A stretch of DNA of 63,971 bases, the filler included, from Guillardia theta CCMP2712 (Eukaryota; Protista; Cryptophyta): NCBI RefSeq assembly GCF_000315625.1. It is 5 parts of 5 records of this genome, joined end to end, with 100 filler letters (N's around TTAATTAATTAA, not from the genome) between each part and the next. Parts side by side here need not be neighbours in the genome. Positions count along the whole stretch, not along the records: positions 1 to 14,244 come from NW_005434313.1; 4 more parts are not named here. One strand, given 5' to 3'. The translations under genes and the position numbers were made by a program. Under the pieces are notes generated by a model that saw nothing but the letters and a program-made list of their open reading frames with translations, did no database searches and was not told the DNA's origin. Shown piece after piece: positions 1 to 10,489 of the stretch (within the stretch, counting starts at the first letter, position 1; the number at the start of each line of letters is the position of its first letter).

Positions 1-1081
1 TCCGGTGAAGAGAAGATGGGAGAGGTGACATTTGAAGAAGCTAGCAAGGGAGAATGGGAGAGAAAGTCTAGATCGGGAGGGGGAGGGCGGGAGGGGGACT
101 CGGAACGAAGAAGCTTGCAGCGGGAGCAAGCAGGCGACGCCCGTGAGCCATTTCTCCTTTAGTCTTGTCAGAGCAACATCACGAATACTAGTGAGGAGAT
201 GATTCTTGTTGGGGTCGTTCACCGCTCTAAGTCTTAGTACATCACCACGATCCATCGCACTCTCTGCTTGGGTTGGTTGACCTGGAGTGTCTCGATGACC
301 CGACGATCCTCAATGTCATAGCACCAGCATGTCATGGAGAGTGCGCTCTCCATGACATGCTGGAAGAGGAGAAGACAGCAGAGTAGAAAGGCGATCAGAA
401 AAGTAAAGGGAAGAGAAGAGGAGAGGAGAGAGCAGGGGTGGAGAAGCGACGAGCAGAGCGGGGAAAAGCAGAGAGCAGAGAGCGGAGAAGAGGAATGGAC
501 AGGAGGGAGGTGGTGGAGTGCAATGACAAGGGGAGCAGACAAGGGAGAGGACGAGTAAAGAGAGATGGAGGAGGGAGGAGAAGGGGGGAGAAGGAAAGAG
601 AAGGAAAGAAGGAAAGGAAGGGACTGCGAGGAGCAGATCTGACCGGAGAGAAGAAGATCTTGCACGAGAGGAGAGGAGAGGGGAAGCAGGTGAAAGGAGA
701 GCAGATCAAACAGAAGAGAAGATCAGATCAGAGGAAAAGGCTGGCGGAGAGGAGAGTAGATAACGGAGAGAAGGCTCTATATGTGAGCAATATAGGGTAA
801 GGAGCCAATGCAAGGAGTGTGGACGTGGCTCTATATGCATCCAGAAGAACGGAAGGGTGTAACTGTAGGGACTGCGAGAAAACAGGATGAACAATGTTGC
901 CAAAAGAGAAGAAGGCTAGATTGTTGTGAAGATGAACAATGTAGCCACAAGAGAAGAAGGCTAGATTGTGAAGAGTGTATTGGAGATTTGTAAAAATGAA
1001 CATCCAAACATTGATGAGAAAATATGCTTGGATTGAAGGTGCACAGTTAGTAAAATGTACCCCCTGGATTCTTATTGTCTA

Positions 1082-1555
1082 CTACCATTCGTCTGCAGAC
1101 CTGCAACCATATGAGCAATAGTCCTCATCATATCCATTACACAGTTTGTATATGATTCCACAATAGCAGCATGAGAACTCGAGCTCCTCTTCACAACATC
1201 TCTTGCAGTGTCGCTCCTCTATCCAGCGTCCATCGCGATATGCTATGGTTTCTCTTGCGTGGAGGTGCTCAAACACATCATCACATGTAGAGCACCTCCA
1301 TACAAAATAATTATCTGTGCAGGTCTTGCAGGCAGACAATCTATTCTGCTCTTCAGAAGGTGTCCAAGAGCAGCACATCTGGCACATAAAGTTGGCACGG
1401 TTGAATTCCTCGATCTCTGTCTTGCATAACTCCATGTACCTATCAAAGATGATGTCCTTGACATCACTCAAGCAAGAGTTCTCAAGATTGATCCTGTTGA
1501 ACTTCACAATCAAAGGATTCATTGCCGTTTCTTGCGCATAAGACAACCTTGTCAT
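1082..1555 (-). CDS. Intronless Cys-rich hypothetical protein (~157 aa), probable multi-zinc-binding ORFan
   Basis: ATG at 1555 lies inside the ORF 1082..1717. It has repeated CxxC pairs (CQMC, CKTC, CSTC, CKRC, CCYC) and a terminal YCSYGC. GC is lower than in neighbouring genes. Confidence 0.5.
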   Translation of the reverse strand: MTRLSYAQETAMNPLIVKFNRINLENSCLSDVKDIIFDRYMELCKTEIEEFNRANFMCQMCCSWTPSEEQNRLSACKTCTDNYFVWRCSTCDDVFEHLHARETIAYRDGRWIEERHCKRCCEEELEFSCCYCGIIYKLCNGYDEDYCSYGCRSADEW

Positions 1556-1916
1556 TTCTTGATCAGATATCTTGAAATGATTGCAACCTATCCTTAGATC
1601 CCCTTGGTCCTCTCCCTTGTAGAAAGCCACCCGCCTCAGACCATCAGTACCAAATGCACAAAAGGCAGCAACAAGACATACCCGCAAGATACCATCGCAC
1701 ACAAAAGGCAGCAACAAGACTTCTTCTTCTTCTTTTTAGTTTTACACTCCCCCCGTAGCCGCTGGTAGGATTAGCTTTTCTTTTTTGGACCACCCCTCCT
1801 CCCTCCTCTCCCCTCCTCGTACCACCCCCTACCCCTCCCTAGACCGGCCTCGCACCCCCTCGCTCCCTCGATGCACGCACCCCCCTTATCCCCTCCCCTC
1901 GCTCCTCGGCCCCGCC

Positions 1917-4900
1917 ATGGCAGCGGACCAGGGAGCGCTCCCGTCCTTCATCTGCCCCATCAGCATGGCGCTCATGACCGACCCTGTCACCTGCTGCGAT
2001 GGCCACACCTACGAGAGATCCTCCATCGAGACCTGGCTCCGCCATCGTCTCTCCAGCCCCCTCACCGGCGCCCTCCTCCCCTCCAACCACCTTGTACCCA
2101 ACCTCGCTCTCCGCAGCGCCATCCAGGAGTGGCAGGAGCGACACGCGCTGCTCGTCCCCAGGCACGACGTGGAGATGGAGCGGCAGCCTATCTCAGCAGG
2201 CTCCTCCCAGACCCTCTACATAGGTCACCTCCGCGTGCAAGGAAGGAGAGCAGGGCCCGGCAAGATCAAGGTAGCCGTGCTCAAGCTCACGCAAGACGAC
2301 GGCGGCAGACAAGCCGCGGTCATGCTCAGACTCGGGCCGCATCCTCGGCTTGTACGCTACATGGGGCAGAGCCACGACGCCGACGGCTGTCCCCTGCTGC
2401 TGACCGAGCTCGCCGAGCTGGGGTCGCTGAGGGAGGCTCTGCTGGGGAGGCTGGCGGGGCAGGTGACGCGAGGGCACCAGACGGCGATGATGGAGCAGAT
2501 CGCGCAGGGCATGGAGCACCTGGCTGAGCAGCGGGTCGTGCACCGGGACCTCGCGGCTCGGCACGTGCTGGTCATGGGCTTCGACAAGAAGGACGTGAGG
2601 AGGACGTCGGTGAAGGTGGCGGGGTACGGGCGGGCAGGGGAGCTGGTGGACGGGAGTGACGAGAGAGTAGCGGGGCGAGCGCTGCCGGTGCGGTACATGC
2701 CCCCAGAGTCCATGCAGAGAGGCCGGTGCTCGGAGAAGAGCGACGTGTGGGCCTACGGGGTCACGTGCTGGGAGATCCTGACCTCGGGCATGACCCCCTA
2801 CTACCCCATGACGGACCCGACTGTGATCGGGTACGTGTGCGGGGGTGGGAGGCTGCCTCGAGAGCACCTCCTCGGAGGATGCCCGGACGGGTTGTGGGCC
2901 CTGCTGGAGAGCTGCTGGGCGACGAGGGAGGAGGACCGCCCGAGGTTCGCCGAGCTTGCGGTAGCTGTAGGAAGAGCCGGAGCCGAGGGGGATGAGGGGG
3001 CTGCTGCATGGACATGGTCAGACAGGACGCCTGGACAGCAGCGGGCAGGGGCCGGCAACCAGTCGTTATGCCGAGGCATACGCAGCATGGCAGAAGCTGC
3101 ATGGAGAAGGATCGGAGAGGCAGCGGGGGGAGGGATCGAGGCGGTGGCGAGGAGAGTCAGGAAGCGCAAGTACGCAGAGCNNNNNNNNNNNNNNNNNNNN
3201 NNNNNNNNNNNNNNNNNNNNNNNNNNNNNNNNNNNNNNNNNNNNNNNNNNNNNNNNNNNNNNNNNNNNNNNNNNNNNNNNNNNNNNNNNNNNNNNNNNNN
3301 NNNNNNNNNNNNNNNNNNNNNNNNNNNNNNNNNNNNNNNNNNNNNNNNNNNNNNNNNNNNNNNNNNNNNNNNNNNNNNNNNNNNNNCAGCAGGCTGCGTG
3401 CGAAGCCTTGGTCAGCATGGCTCAGCACGGGGAGGCTGACAAGGTCAAGGCGCGAGAGGCGGGAGCGATCGAGGCCGTCGTCAGCGCCATGACCACGCAC
3501 ACGGACGACGCGGGGGTACAGCAGGCTGCGTGCTGGGCCTTGAGACATACCGTCGGTCGCATCGAAGACAACCAGGTGTGGGCACGAGAGGCGGGAGCGA
3601 TCGAGGCCGTCGTCAGCGCCATGTCCAGAAACGCGGACGACGCTAGGGTACAAAGATCTTCCTGTGAAGCATTTGAAAGCATGACGGCGGGCATGGCTGA
3701 CAGCCAGGCGCGGGCGCGGGAGGCGGGAGCGATCGAGGCCGTCGTCAGCGCCATGTCCAGACACGCGGACGACTGGTGGATACCGCGGGCTGCGTGCTGG
3801 GCCGTGACGAACGTAGTGAGTCACATCAAAAAGAGCCAGGCGCGGGCTCGAGAGGCGGGAGCGATCGAGGCCGTCGTCAGCGCCATGACCAGGCACGCAG
3901 ACAACGCGGGGGTGCAGCAGGCTGCGTGCGAGGCTCTGAAGAACACTGTCAGCTTCAGGGACGAGAGCCAGGCGCGGGCGCGGGAGGCGGGAGCGATCGA
4001 GGCCGTCGTCAGCGCCATGTCCACGCACGCAGACGACGCGGGGGTGCAGCAGGCTGCGTGCTGGGCCCTGGACTACACTATCAGCTTCAGCAAGGAGAGC
4101 CAGGCGCGGGCACGAGAGGCGGGAGCGATCGAGGCCGTCATGAAATGCCTCCATAGGCACGCGGACGACGCGGGGGTACAGCAGGCTGCGTGTGAGGCCC
4201 TGAAGTACACAATGCAGTACTTCCGATACCAGGGCACAGCGAGAGATGCGAAAGCGATCGAGGCCGTCGTCAGCGTCATGACCAGGCACGAGAGCAACGC
4301 GAAGATACAGCAAGGACTATGCCAAGTGATGTCAACGATATTCGAGAGCCACAAACAGAACAAGCTCCCGGCCATGCAGGCGGGAGCGATCGAGGCCGTC
4401 GTCAGCGCCATGTCCACGCACGCAGACAAGCAATGGCTACAAAATGATGGATGCAAGGCCTTGTGCAGCATGACAGAGGGCATGGCTGACAGCCAGGCGC
4501 GGGCGCGGGAGGCGGGAGCGATCGAGGCCGTCGTCAGCGCCATGTCCACGCACGCAGACGAGATGTGCTTGCAGTGGTCAGCATGCGAAGCCCTTGAGAG
4601 CATGACGGCGGGCATGGCGGACAGCCAGGCGCGGGCTCGAGAGGCGGGAGCGATCGAGGCCGTTGTCAGCGCCATGTCCACACATGTGGACGACCGATGG
4701 CTACAGTGTGACGGATGCAAGGCCTTGCGCAGCATGACGGCGGGCATGGCAGACAGCCAGGCGCGGGCGCGGGAGGCGGGAGCGATCGAGGCGGTAGCGA
4801 GGGCGATGCAAAGGCATGAGGGCAGCGGGTGGTTGGAGGATAGCGCGATGGAGGCTCTGAGCAGCCTTGCTAGCGACAACTCGTACAACATCCGACGCAT

Positions 4901-5006
4901 CCGACGGCTCCGAGGCGCCGCCCTGCCTCCCAACATCCCCGACACCCGTGCTTCTGAGGCGCGCCGACGGCTCAGGTCCGTGCTCGAGCGACGCGATGCC
5001 GAGTGA
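1917..5006 (+). CDS. U-box E3 ligase + tyrosine-kinase-like (probably pseudo)kinase + armadillo-repeat array protein
   Basis: ATG at 1917 in gccATGG context. U-box: FICPISMALMTDPVTCCDGHTYERSSIETWL...SPLT...LVPNLALRSAIQEW. Kinase: HRDLAARH, LPVRYMPPES, KSDVWAYGVTCWE, CW...RPRF. About 11 ARM repeats of 44 aa (AREAGAIEAVVSAM..HADD..VQQAAC.AL). An N-gap at 3181-3386 separates the kinase and ARM parts. Confidence 0.8.
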   Translation: MAADQGALPSFICPISMALMTDPVTCCDGHTYERSSIETWLRHRLSSPLTGALLPSNHLVPNLALRSAIQEWQERHALLVPRHDVEMERQPISAGSSQTLYIGHLRVQGRRAGPGKIKVAVLKLTQDDGGRQAAVMLRLGPHPRLVRYMGQSHDADGCPLLLTELAELGSLREALLGRLAGQVTRGHQTAMMEQIAQGMEHLAEQRVVHRDLAARHVLVMGFDKKDVRRTSVKVAGYGRAGELVDGSDERVAGRALPVRYMPPESMQRGRCSEKSDVWAYGVTCWEILTSGMTPYYPMTDPTVIGYVCGGGRLPREHLLGGCPDGLWALLESCWATREEDRPRFAELAVAVGRAGAEGDEGAAAWTWSDRTPGQQRAGAGNQSLCRGIRSMAEAAWRRIGEAAGGGIEAVARRVRKRKYAEXXXXXXXXXXXXXXXXXXXXXXXXXXXXXXXXXXXXXXXXXXXXXXXXXXXXXXXXXXXXXXXXXXXXXQQAACEALVSMAQHGEADKVKAREAGAIEAVVSAMTTHTDDAGVQQAACWALRHTVGRIEDNQVWAREAGAIEAVVSAMSRNADDARVQRSSCEAFESMTAGMADSQARAREAGAIEAVVSAMSRHADDWWIPRAACWAVTNVVSHIKKSQARAREAGAIEAVVSAMTRHADNAGVQQAACEALKNTVSFRDESQARAREAGAIEAVVSAMSTHADDAGVQQAACWALDYTISFSKESQARAREAGAIEAVMKCLHRHADDAGVQQAACEALKYTMQYFRYQGTARDAKAIEAVVSVMTRHESNAKIQQGLCQVMSTIFESHKQNKLPAMQAGAIEAVVSAMSTHADKQWLQNDGCKALCSMTEGMADSQARAREAGAIEAVVSAMSTHADEMCLQWSACEALESMTAGMADSQARAREAGAIEAVVSAMSTHVDDRWLQCDGCKALRSMTAGMADSQARAREAGAIEAVARAMQRHEGSGWLEDSAMEALSSLASDNSYNIRRIRRLRGAALPPNIPDTRASEARRRLRSVLERRDAE
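3387..4870 (+). repeat. 132-bp coding tandem repeat (ARM units)
   Basis: The core gaggcgggagcgatcgaggccgtcgtcagcgccatg recurs every 132 bp (units near 3451, 3583, 3715 onward). Confidence 0.9.
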
Positions 5007-5999
5007 TGGGGAGGGTCGTGGTGCAGCTGGAGGGGAGGCGGGGATGGCGGGGAAGGGACAGAGCTTGTTCGTGCTGCTAGGGGCAAGAGCTGGCTGTGAG
5101 ACGAGCGTCGAGCAGGGGGCTGAAGCTTTCTCAGCTTGTCGGTCAATGTTGCGGTCAACAATGATTGTACCTGATAGAAGCGCGTCATGCTCTCTACCTC
5201 TCAGCTCTTCTGGACCTCCACCCCCATGTCTGTCTATGTGAGCTAGTGCTCGCTTCTGCTCTACGGCGCAAGCCGACAGCCCAGCTGAGCATGGCAAGAC
5301 GCCATGCGACATCCGATGCGAGCTCGGGGAGAGAGGGCATGACGACGTCGCTGCTACAGGCGAGGAGGCAGCGGAGGGGATCAAGGACGGAAGNNNNNNN
5401 NNNNNNNNNNNNNNNNNNNNNNNNNNNNNNNNNNNNNNNNNNNNNNNNNNNNNNNNNNNNNNNNNNNNNNNNNNNNNNNNNNNNNNNNNNNNNNNNNNNN
5501 NNNNNNNNNNNNNNNNNNNNNNNNNNNNNNNNNNNNNNNNNNNNNNNNNNNNNNNNNNNNNNNNNNNNNNNNNNNNNNNNNNNNNNNNNNNNNNNNNNNN
5601 NNNNNNNNNNNNNNNNNNNNNNNNNNNNNNNNNNNNNNNNNNNNNNNNNNNNNNNNNNNNNNNNNNNNNNNNNNNNNNNNNNNNNNNNNNNNNNNNNNNN
5701 NNNNNNNNNNNNNNNNNNNNNNNNNNNNNNNNNNNNNNNNNNNNNNNNNNNNNNNNNNNNNNNNNNNNNNNNNNNNNNNNNNNNNNNNNNNNNNNNNNNN
5801 NNNNNNNNNNNNNNNNNNNNNNNNNNNNNNNNNNNNNNNNNNNNNNNNNNNNNNNNNNNNNNNNNNNNNNNNNNNNNNNNNNNNNNNNNNNNNNNNNNNN
5901 NNNNNNNNNNNNNNNNNNNNNNNNNNNNNNNNNTGGGGGGTCATGGGAGAAGCGTCAGAGTAGGGGGTGATGTAGGGGAGGAAGTAGTGATAGAGGAGA

Positions 6000-7600
6000 A
6001 GATAAGAGAGGAACTTGAACAAGGAGAGACAAGCTTGCCCGCCGGGCTTTTGATATCTAAAAGATGATACTTGAACCGTAAAGATCTTGTAACCAGAGAT
6101 TGCTGTCGCGAGGGTGGAACATCCGTTTCAAGGCATTTGAAGAGGTTGTGCAGTCTTATCTTGCTCACCGATGCACAAGTGAGCTTGCTCACCGATGCAC
6201 AAGTGAGCTTGCTCACCGATGCACAAGTGAGCTTGCTCACCGATGCACAAGTGAGCTTGCTCACCGATGCACAAGTGAGCTTGCTCACCGATGCACAAGT
6301 GAGCTTGCTCACCGATGCACAAGTGAGCTTGCTCACCGATGCACAAGTGAGCTTGCTCACCGATGCACAAGTGAGCTTGCTCACCGATGCACAAGTGAGC
6401 TTGCTCACCGATGCACAAGTGAGCTTGCTCACCGATGCACAAGTGAGCTTGCTCACCGATGCACAAGTGAGCTTGCTCACCGATGCACAAGTGAGCTTGC
6501 TCACCGATGCACAAGTGAGCTTGCTCACCGATCCACAAGTAGCTCCGGCAGTCTCTCATGTGTAAGGCTAGCCACCAGTAGCTCTGTGACATCAACACGT
6601 CCCTCGATCGCAGTCTCCTGGGAGTTGCTGATTTGATCCTACTCAAAGCTGACGATCAAGAGACTTGAAATAACAGTCAGACTCGGAATCGACTAGTACC
6701 TCCCAGTGTTTTCCGGCAACTTCATGTCCGGTCCGCAGTGTAGCTGATATCCGACCGACCAATCTGGCTGGGGAGAGGCTTGTTGTTCCTAGAGTGCATC
6801 CGAAGATCGATCAAACAGATTGTGGCTGGGATACTAGTGATAGGGCTGACTTGAAACAACTTGCGGCTAGAGAGAGAGCCTGATTGAAGAGAAGAGTCAT
6901 CCGAATGTGTGTAACGAGACTTGATGGGATTGCACGAGTTTGCAGCAGAAACGAAAAAAACACCAACAAACAGAAACTGCAGAAAACATCATGACTGACC
7001 AGACATGAGATCAACATGGTTGGCATGTATACGAGGCTTGAGACTCCTGGGTCATGACGGATCGAAATCAAGCTTGTTGCAAGTGGACCGACGTTGTGTG
7101 ACGCACGGAAGTCTCGAGTCTGATTTTGAAATCAGACCCGAGAATTTCAAAGTCTTTGAGACTTTGCAACTCATTCCAGTGTCACACAACTCCGCAAGCT
7201 CCGAGCGACTGTGTGCAAGAGCCGCCGCTTCGTAAACAGTCCTCCGAGTGTACCGGCAGACACTCGCCAACCTACTTGGCTCAACGCCGAGGACCGAGCT
7301 CAGGAGTACCCGTAGTCAGGTCAGACTGTTAGGCTAGGTAGCACCCGGGTGTGTAGACAGGTCATAGGCTACTAGGATGTCTCGCGAGATCTTCTCTGGC
7401 AAGGGATCGAGTGAGACCGGGGTACCCCTTAATGAGAGTTGGCGTGTATGGACTATGGTGGAGGGGTGGCTTCGGCCCTGTGGTGGGTGAGGGGGTGGTG
7501 CTGAGGAATGGATCTGGTCTTGTGCTGACCGCTGACGTGGCTATCAAAGACCACCATCAGAAGCATGACGACTGAGTCACTCTCGTTCCTCTCTCATGGA
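6000..7600 (-). mobile_element. Highly decayed Ty3/Gypsy-like LTR retrotransposon pol relic (RT connection, RNase H, integrase Zn finger)
   Basis: Frameshifted minus-strand fragments occur in Gypsy order: LIKGYPGLTRSL (~7410-7440), ALSQ/GECLPV (~7250-7290), ILGSDFKIRLET (~7110-7145), and SQSYWW..HMRDCRSY (~6540-6590, integrase H2C2-like). There are many stops, and no LTRs were identified. Confidence 0.35.
6160..6540. repeat. Minisatellite, ~16 near-perfect copies of 24 bp (CTTGCTCACCGATGCACAAGTGAG)
   Basis: Read directly from the sequence. Only the last copy carries a substitution, and there are no spacers. Confidence 0.97.
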
Positions 7601-7852
7601 CGCGATTCCAACCCCCCCGATGTCTTCATCCATCCTCCCCTTGGACAAGACAAGGTCTCCAACCTCTTCCTCCTGAATGCCGGTTTTCGCTGCCTCCTTC
7701 GTTTCCTAGTATTTTATTGAGGCGGGTTTGTTGGCTCTATCCTCCCCCTCCTTTGTTTGCTCCGGTTTGTCCTTCTTGCTCAGTCAATAAATTGAATGAT
7801 CACTTGCTTTCCTTTCTCTCCTCCCATGCATCTCTCCCTCGCACCCATCACG

Positions 7853-8029
7853 CCATCTTGCTCTAGAGTCACTTTGCTCGGACTCTTGTTTGTCTTGGCA
7901 ACACCTTCTTCCATCTTGCTCTAGAGTCACTTTGATCGGACTCTTGTTTGTCTTGGCAACACCTTCTTCCATCTTGCTCTAGAGTCACTTTGCTCGGACT
8001 CTTGTTTGTCTTGGCAACACCTTCTTCCA
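7853..8029. repeat. Tandem repeat, 3 x 58 bp
   Basis: ccatcttgctctagagtcactttg(c/a)tcggactcttgtttgtcttggcaacaccttctt starts at 7853, 7911 and 7969. Confidence 0.95.
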
Positions 8030-8313
8030 CTCTCCCGCGTGAGACGCTGCCATCGGTCACCTGACGCCGCGCGTCGACCCGAGACGAAGAGACAAGTTGG
8101 TTCGTGCCGAGCATCGTCTGTCCCAAGAGTCATCGTGTGCTGATCAGAGGATCTCAGCTGCTCCCGGCTCTGATCTCATTACTGCTCCTCGGGTCACTGA
8201 GCACTCGCTCACACAGTGTGTAACTCCGGATCTTGAATGTTTGATCGATCAGAGTTCGTTTCACTCCTCCCCCCTCACACACCCCAGCGCCACGGCCACG
8301 AGCAGCGCCGCCT

Positions 8314-8424
8314 TCTGCTTCCTCTCAAGAGACCAGCATGAGGAGACTGTCGCTGACTCACTCTGCTTCCTCTCAAGAGACCAGCATCAGGAGACTGTCG
8401 CTGACTCACTCTGCTTCCTCTCAA
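8314..8424. repeat. Tandem repeat, ~2.3 x 48 bp
   Basis: tctgcttcctctcaagagaccagcat(g/c)aggagactgtcgctgactcac is repeated. Confidence 0.9.
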
Positions 8425-10489
8425 TCAGATCTCAACATCTTCGCTTTCCATCTCATTCGCATCTCATTGGGTTTGAGGGCTTTACTCTCAGCGACTTCTT
8501 CTTCCCGCAAATCGAACACCAGGTGATCTGTCTCTCTCACTCATGATCGCACTTGCATCATCACAACATACTGCTCTTGTGTGATCTGATCTGACTGTTT
8601 GCGTTTCCGGGGAACACAGCCCCTCGTTCCTTCTCGGACTGCATCTGTACCTCATCATCTGCTCCGAGGCTCGTACCGTGAGCTGAACGCGCCATTGCGT
8701 CCTGGAAGTTTTGCACCGTGCGGTTCATCTACGAGTAATACTGTCAGTGTTGATCGGAGCACTACTGTACGGCCATCTTGTACGTCGACGTGTTCACCAG
8801 GCTCTGACTTACCGTTGTCGTTGAGTGTGTTCTCTGTCTCTGGTTCAATTCACTGTCACGGCGATTCTCTTCACAGAGCTTCTTTCACTCGAATGTGCAA
8901 TATCGTATTCTTGGTGTAAAGTTGGTACACGAGAGTGACAGTGTTGGAGTGCGCTAATAGTTTGACTGGCACGGCCGGCACTGCACTGGCATGCGATCCT
9001 TCAAATCCCCTTGAGACTCACTGTCAGTCGCCCGCCCGGCCGCCGCCCGGGGCTCGACTCCGGGCCGGTGAATCCCGGCGGCCGGGCACTGCACACAGAC
9101 AGCGGCATGGGCCCGGCACTGGTTACCGTACCGTACTATGGTAACTGGTGACTACTGTTCAGGCGGACCCCGGGCCCGGCCCCGGGAGGTATTCGGAGGG
9201 CCCGGGCCGGGCCGGGCGGCCGGGCGGCAGGAGCCGGGCCGGGCCGGGCGCCGGTACTGGAAACTTCACCGTTCAGGCGGAGCCGGGCCCGATACGGGCT
9301 AGCCGGTACTGTGACTCTTTACTCAAAGTACCGTAGTACGGTGACTCACTTGAATAACTAATTAAGTAAGAGCGTTTCTGATGTCTAAAAACTTTGAGTA
9401 AAGACCAGTCTAACGGACAAAAGTAACTGACCGTAGTGCGATGATTGTCTACCCCTACCGTCGGTCCGACCTAAGTCAGAGTCTGATACCGGTACTTTAT
9501 CCATAATAACAGTGGAGTAGAGACGGTAGGGTACCCTACCTGTACCCGTGTAATCCCCTCGGGTACCCCTACCCGTTGTACTGATGAGATCAGACGGGGT
9601 ACTCAATCCTTCATTTCCCAAAAACAGGTTGACTTCTGATCAGGGGTGGGGTAGTAGGCTGAGGAAAGTACGGGTGGTGTGCCCTCCCTTCCTAAAATGC
9701 TTCTCAGACTGGAGGTAGGGTGGGTGTACGTATGCTTTCAGTACAGGGGGTGGTCTCGTGAGATGGTACACCCCCACCCCCTCTTGGTTAAGAAGAAGGG
9801 TGGGTATCCATGTAGACTTTTTAGAAGGGTGGGTGGGGTACCTCAAACCCGCTGATTCTCAAGTGGTGGGATGTGAGGATGTTAACTCTGTAGAGAGGTA
9901 GGGTAGGCTGGTACTGCCCACCCCTATTAAATTCAGGAAACCATGGTATTCTATAGGGTAGGGTAGGGTCATATCACAGGAAGGGGTGGTCGTGAATGTG
10001 CTTATAACAATGGAAGCGATTGAAGAGCGGGAGGAGAGAGGGAGAGAGGATGGAAGGAGCTTGAGGGAGGGTGAGGACAAGCTTGTCATGTCGCTAGAGT
10101 GTGAGAGATGTCTTGTAGCTGCTGCAGAGAGAAAGAGACGTGACAACAGACAGAAGAAAGGAGAAGAGAGGAGGGAAAAGAAACGGCTGATGGAAGGTTT
10201 TTTGGCATTCTTGTTTGCAAGTAGAGGGAAGCTAGAAACGTTTTGCGCTTTTCCTTTTCTCATACTGCCATTCTCCCCTCTTTCTCTTCCAACAAAAGGA
10301 AGTGAAGAGAAGAGATAATTAAGAATGCCACGAGGGAAGAACTTGTGCTGTGTGTAGATGACAAGCCTTAGGTTTATGTGTAAGACAACAAGATCGTATC
10401 ACCCCTCTAAGCAACTCTCGATGACATGACGCTTGTGACAGGCGTTGAGATCTGTTGGGCCTTGTCCCCTCCTGCTAGACTGGTACGGC

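Noticed and set aside
3066-5188. Long antisense ORFs over the ARM array, and likewise over the ankyrin array and 59431-60273
   Set aside because: These are shadow frames of GC-rich repetitive coding sequence.
6160-6540. CRISPR-like array of 24-bp palindromic repeats
   Set aside because: Units are head-to-tail with no spacers and no cas genes. The repetitive ORFs in several frames are by-products.
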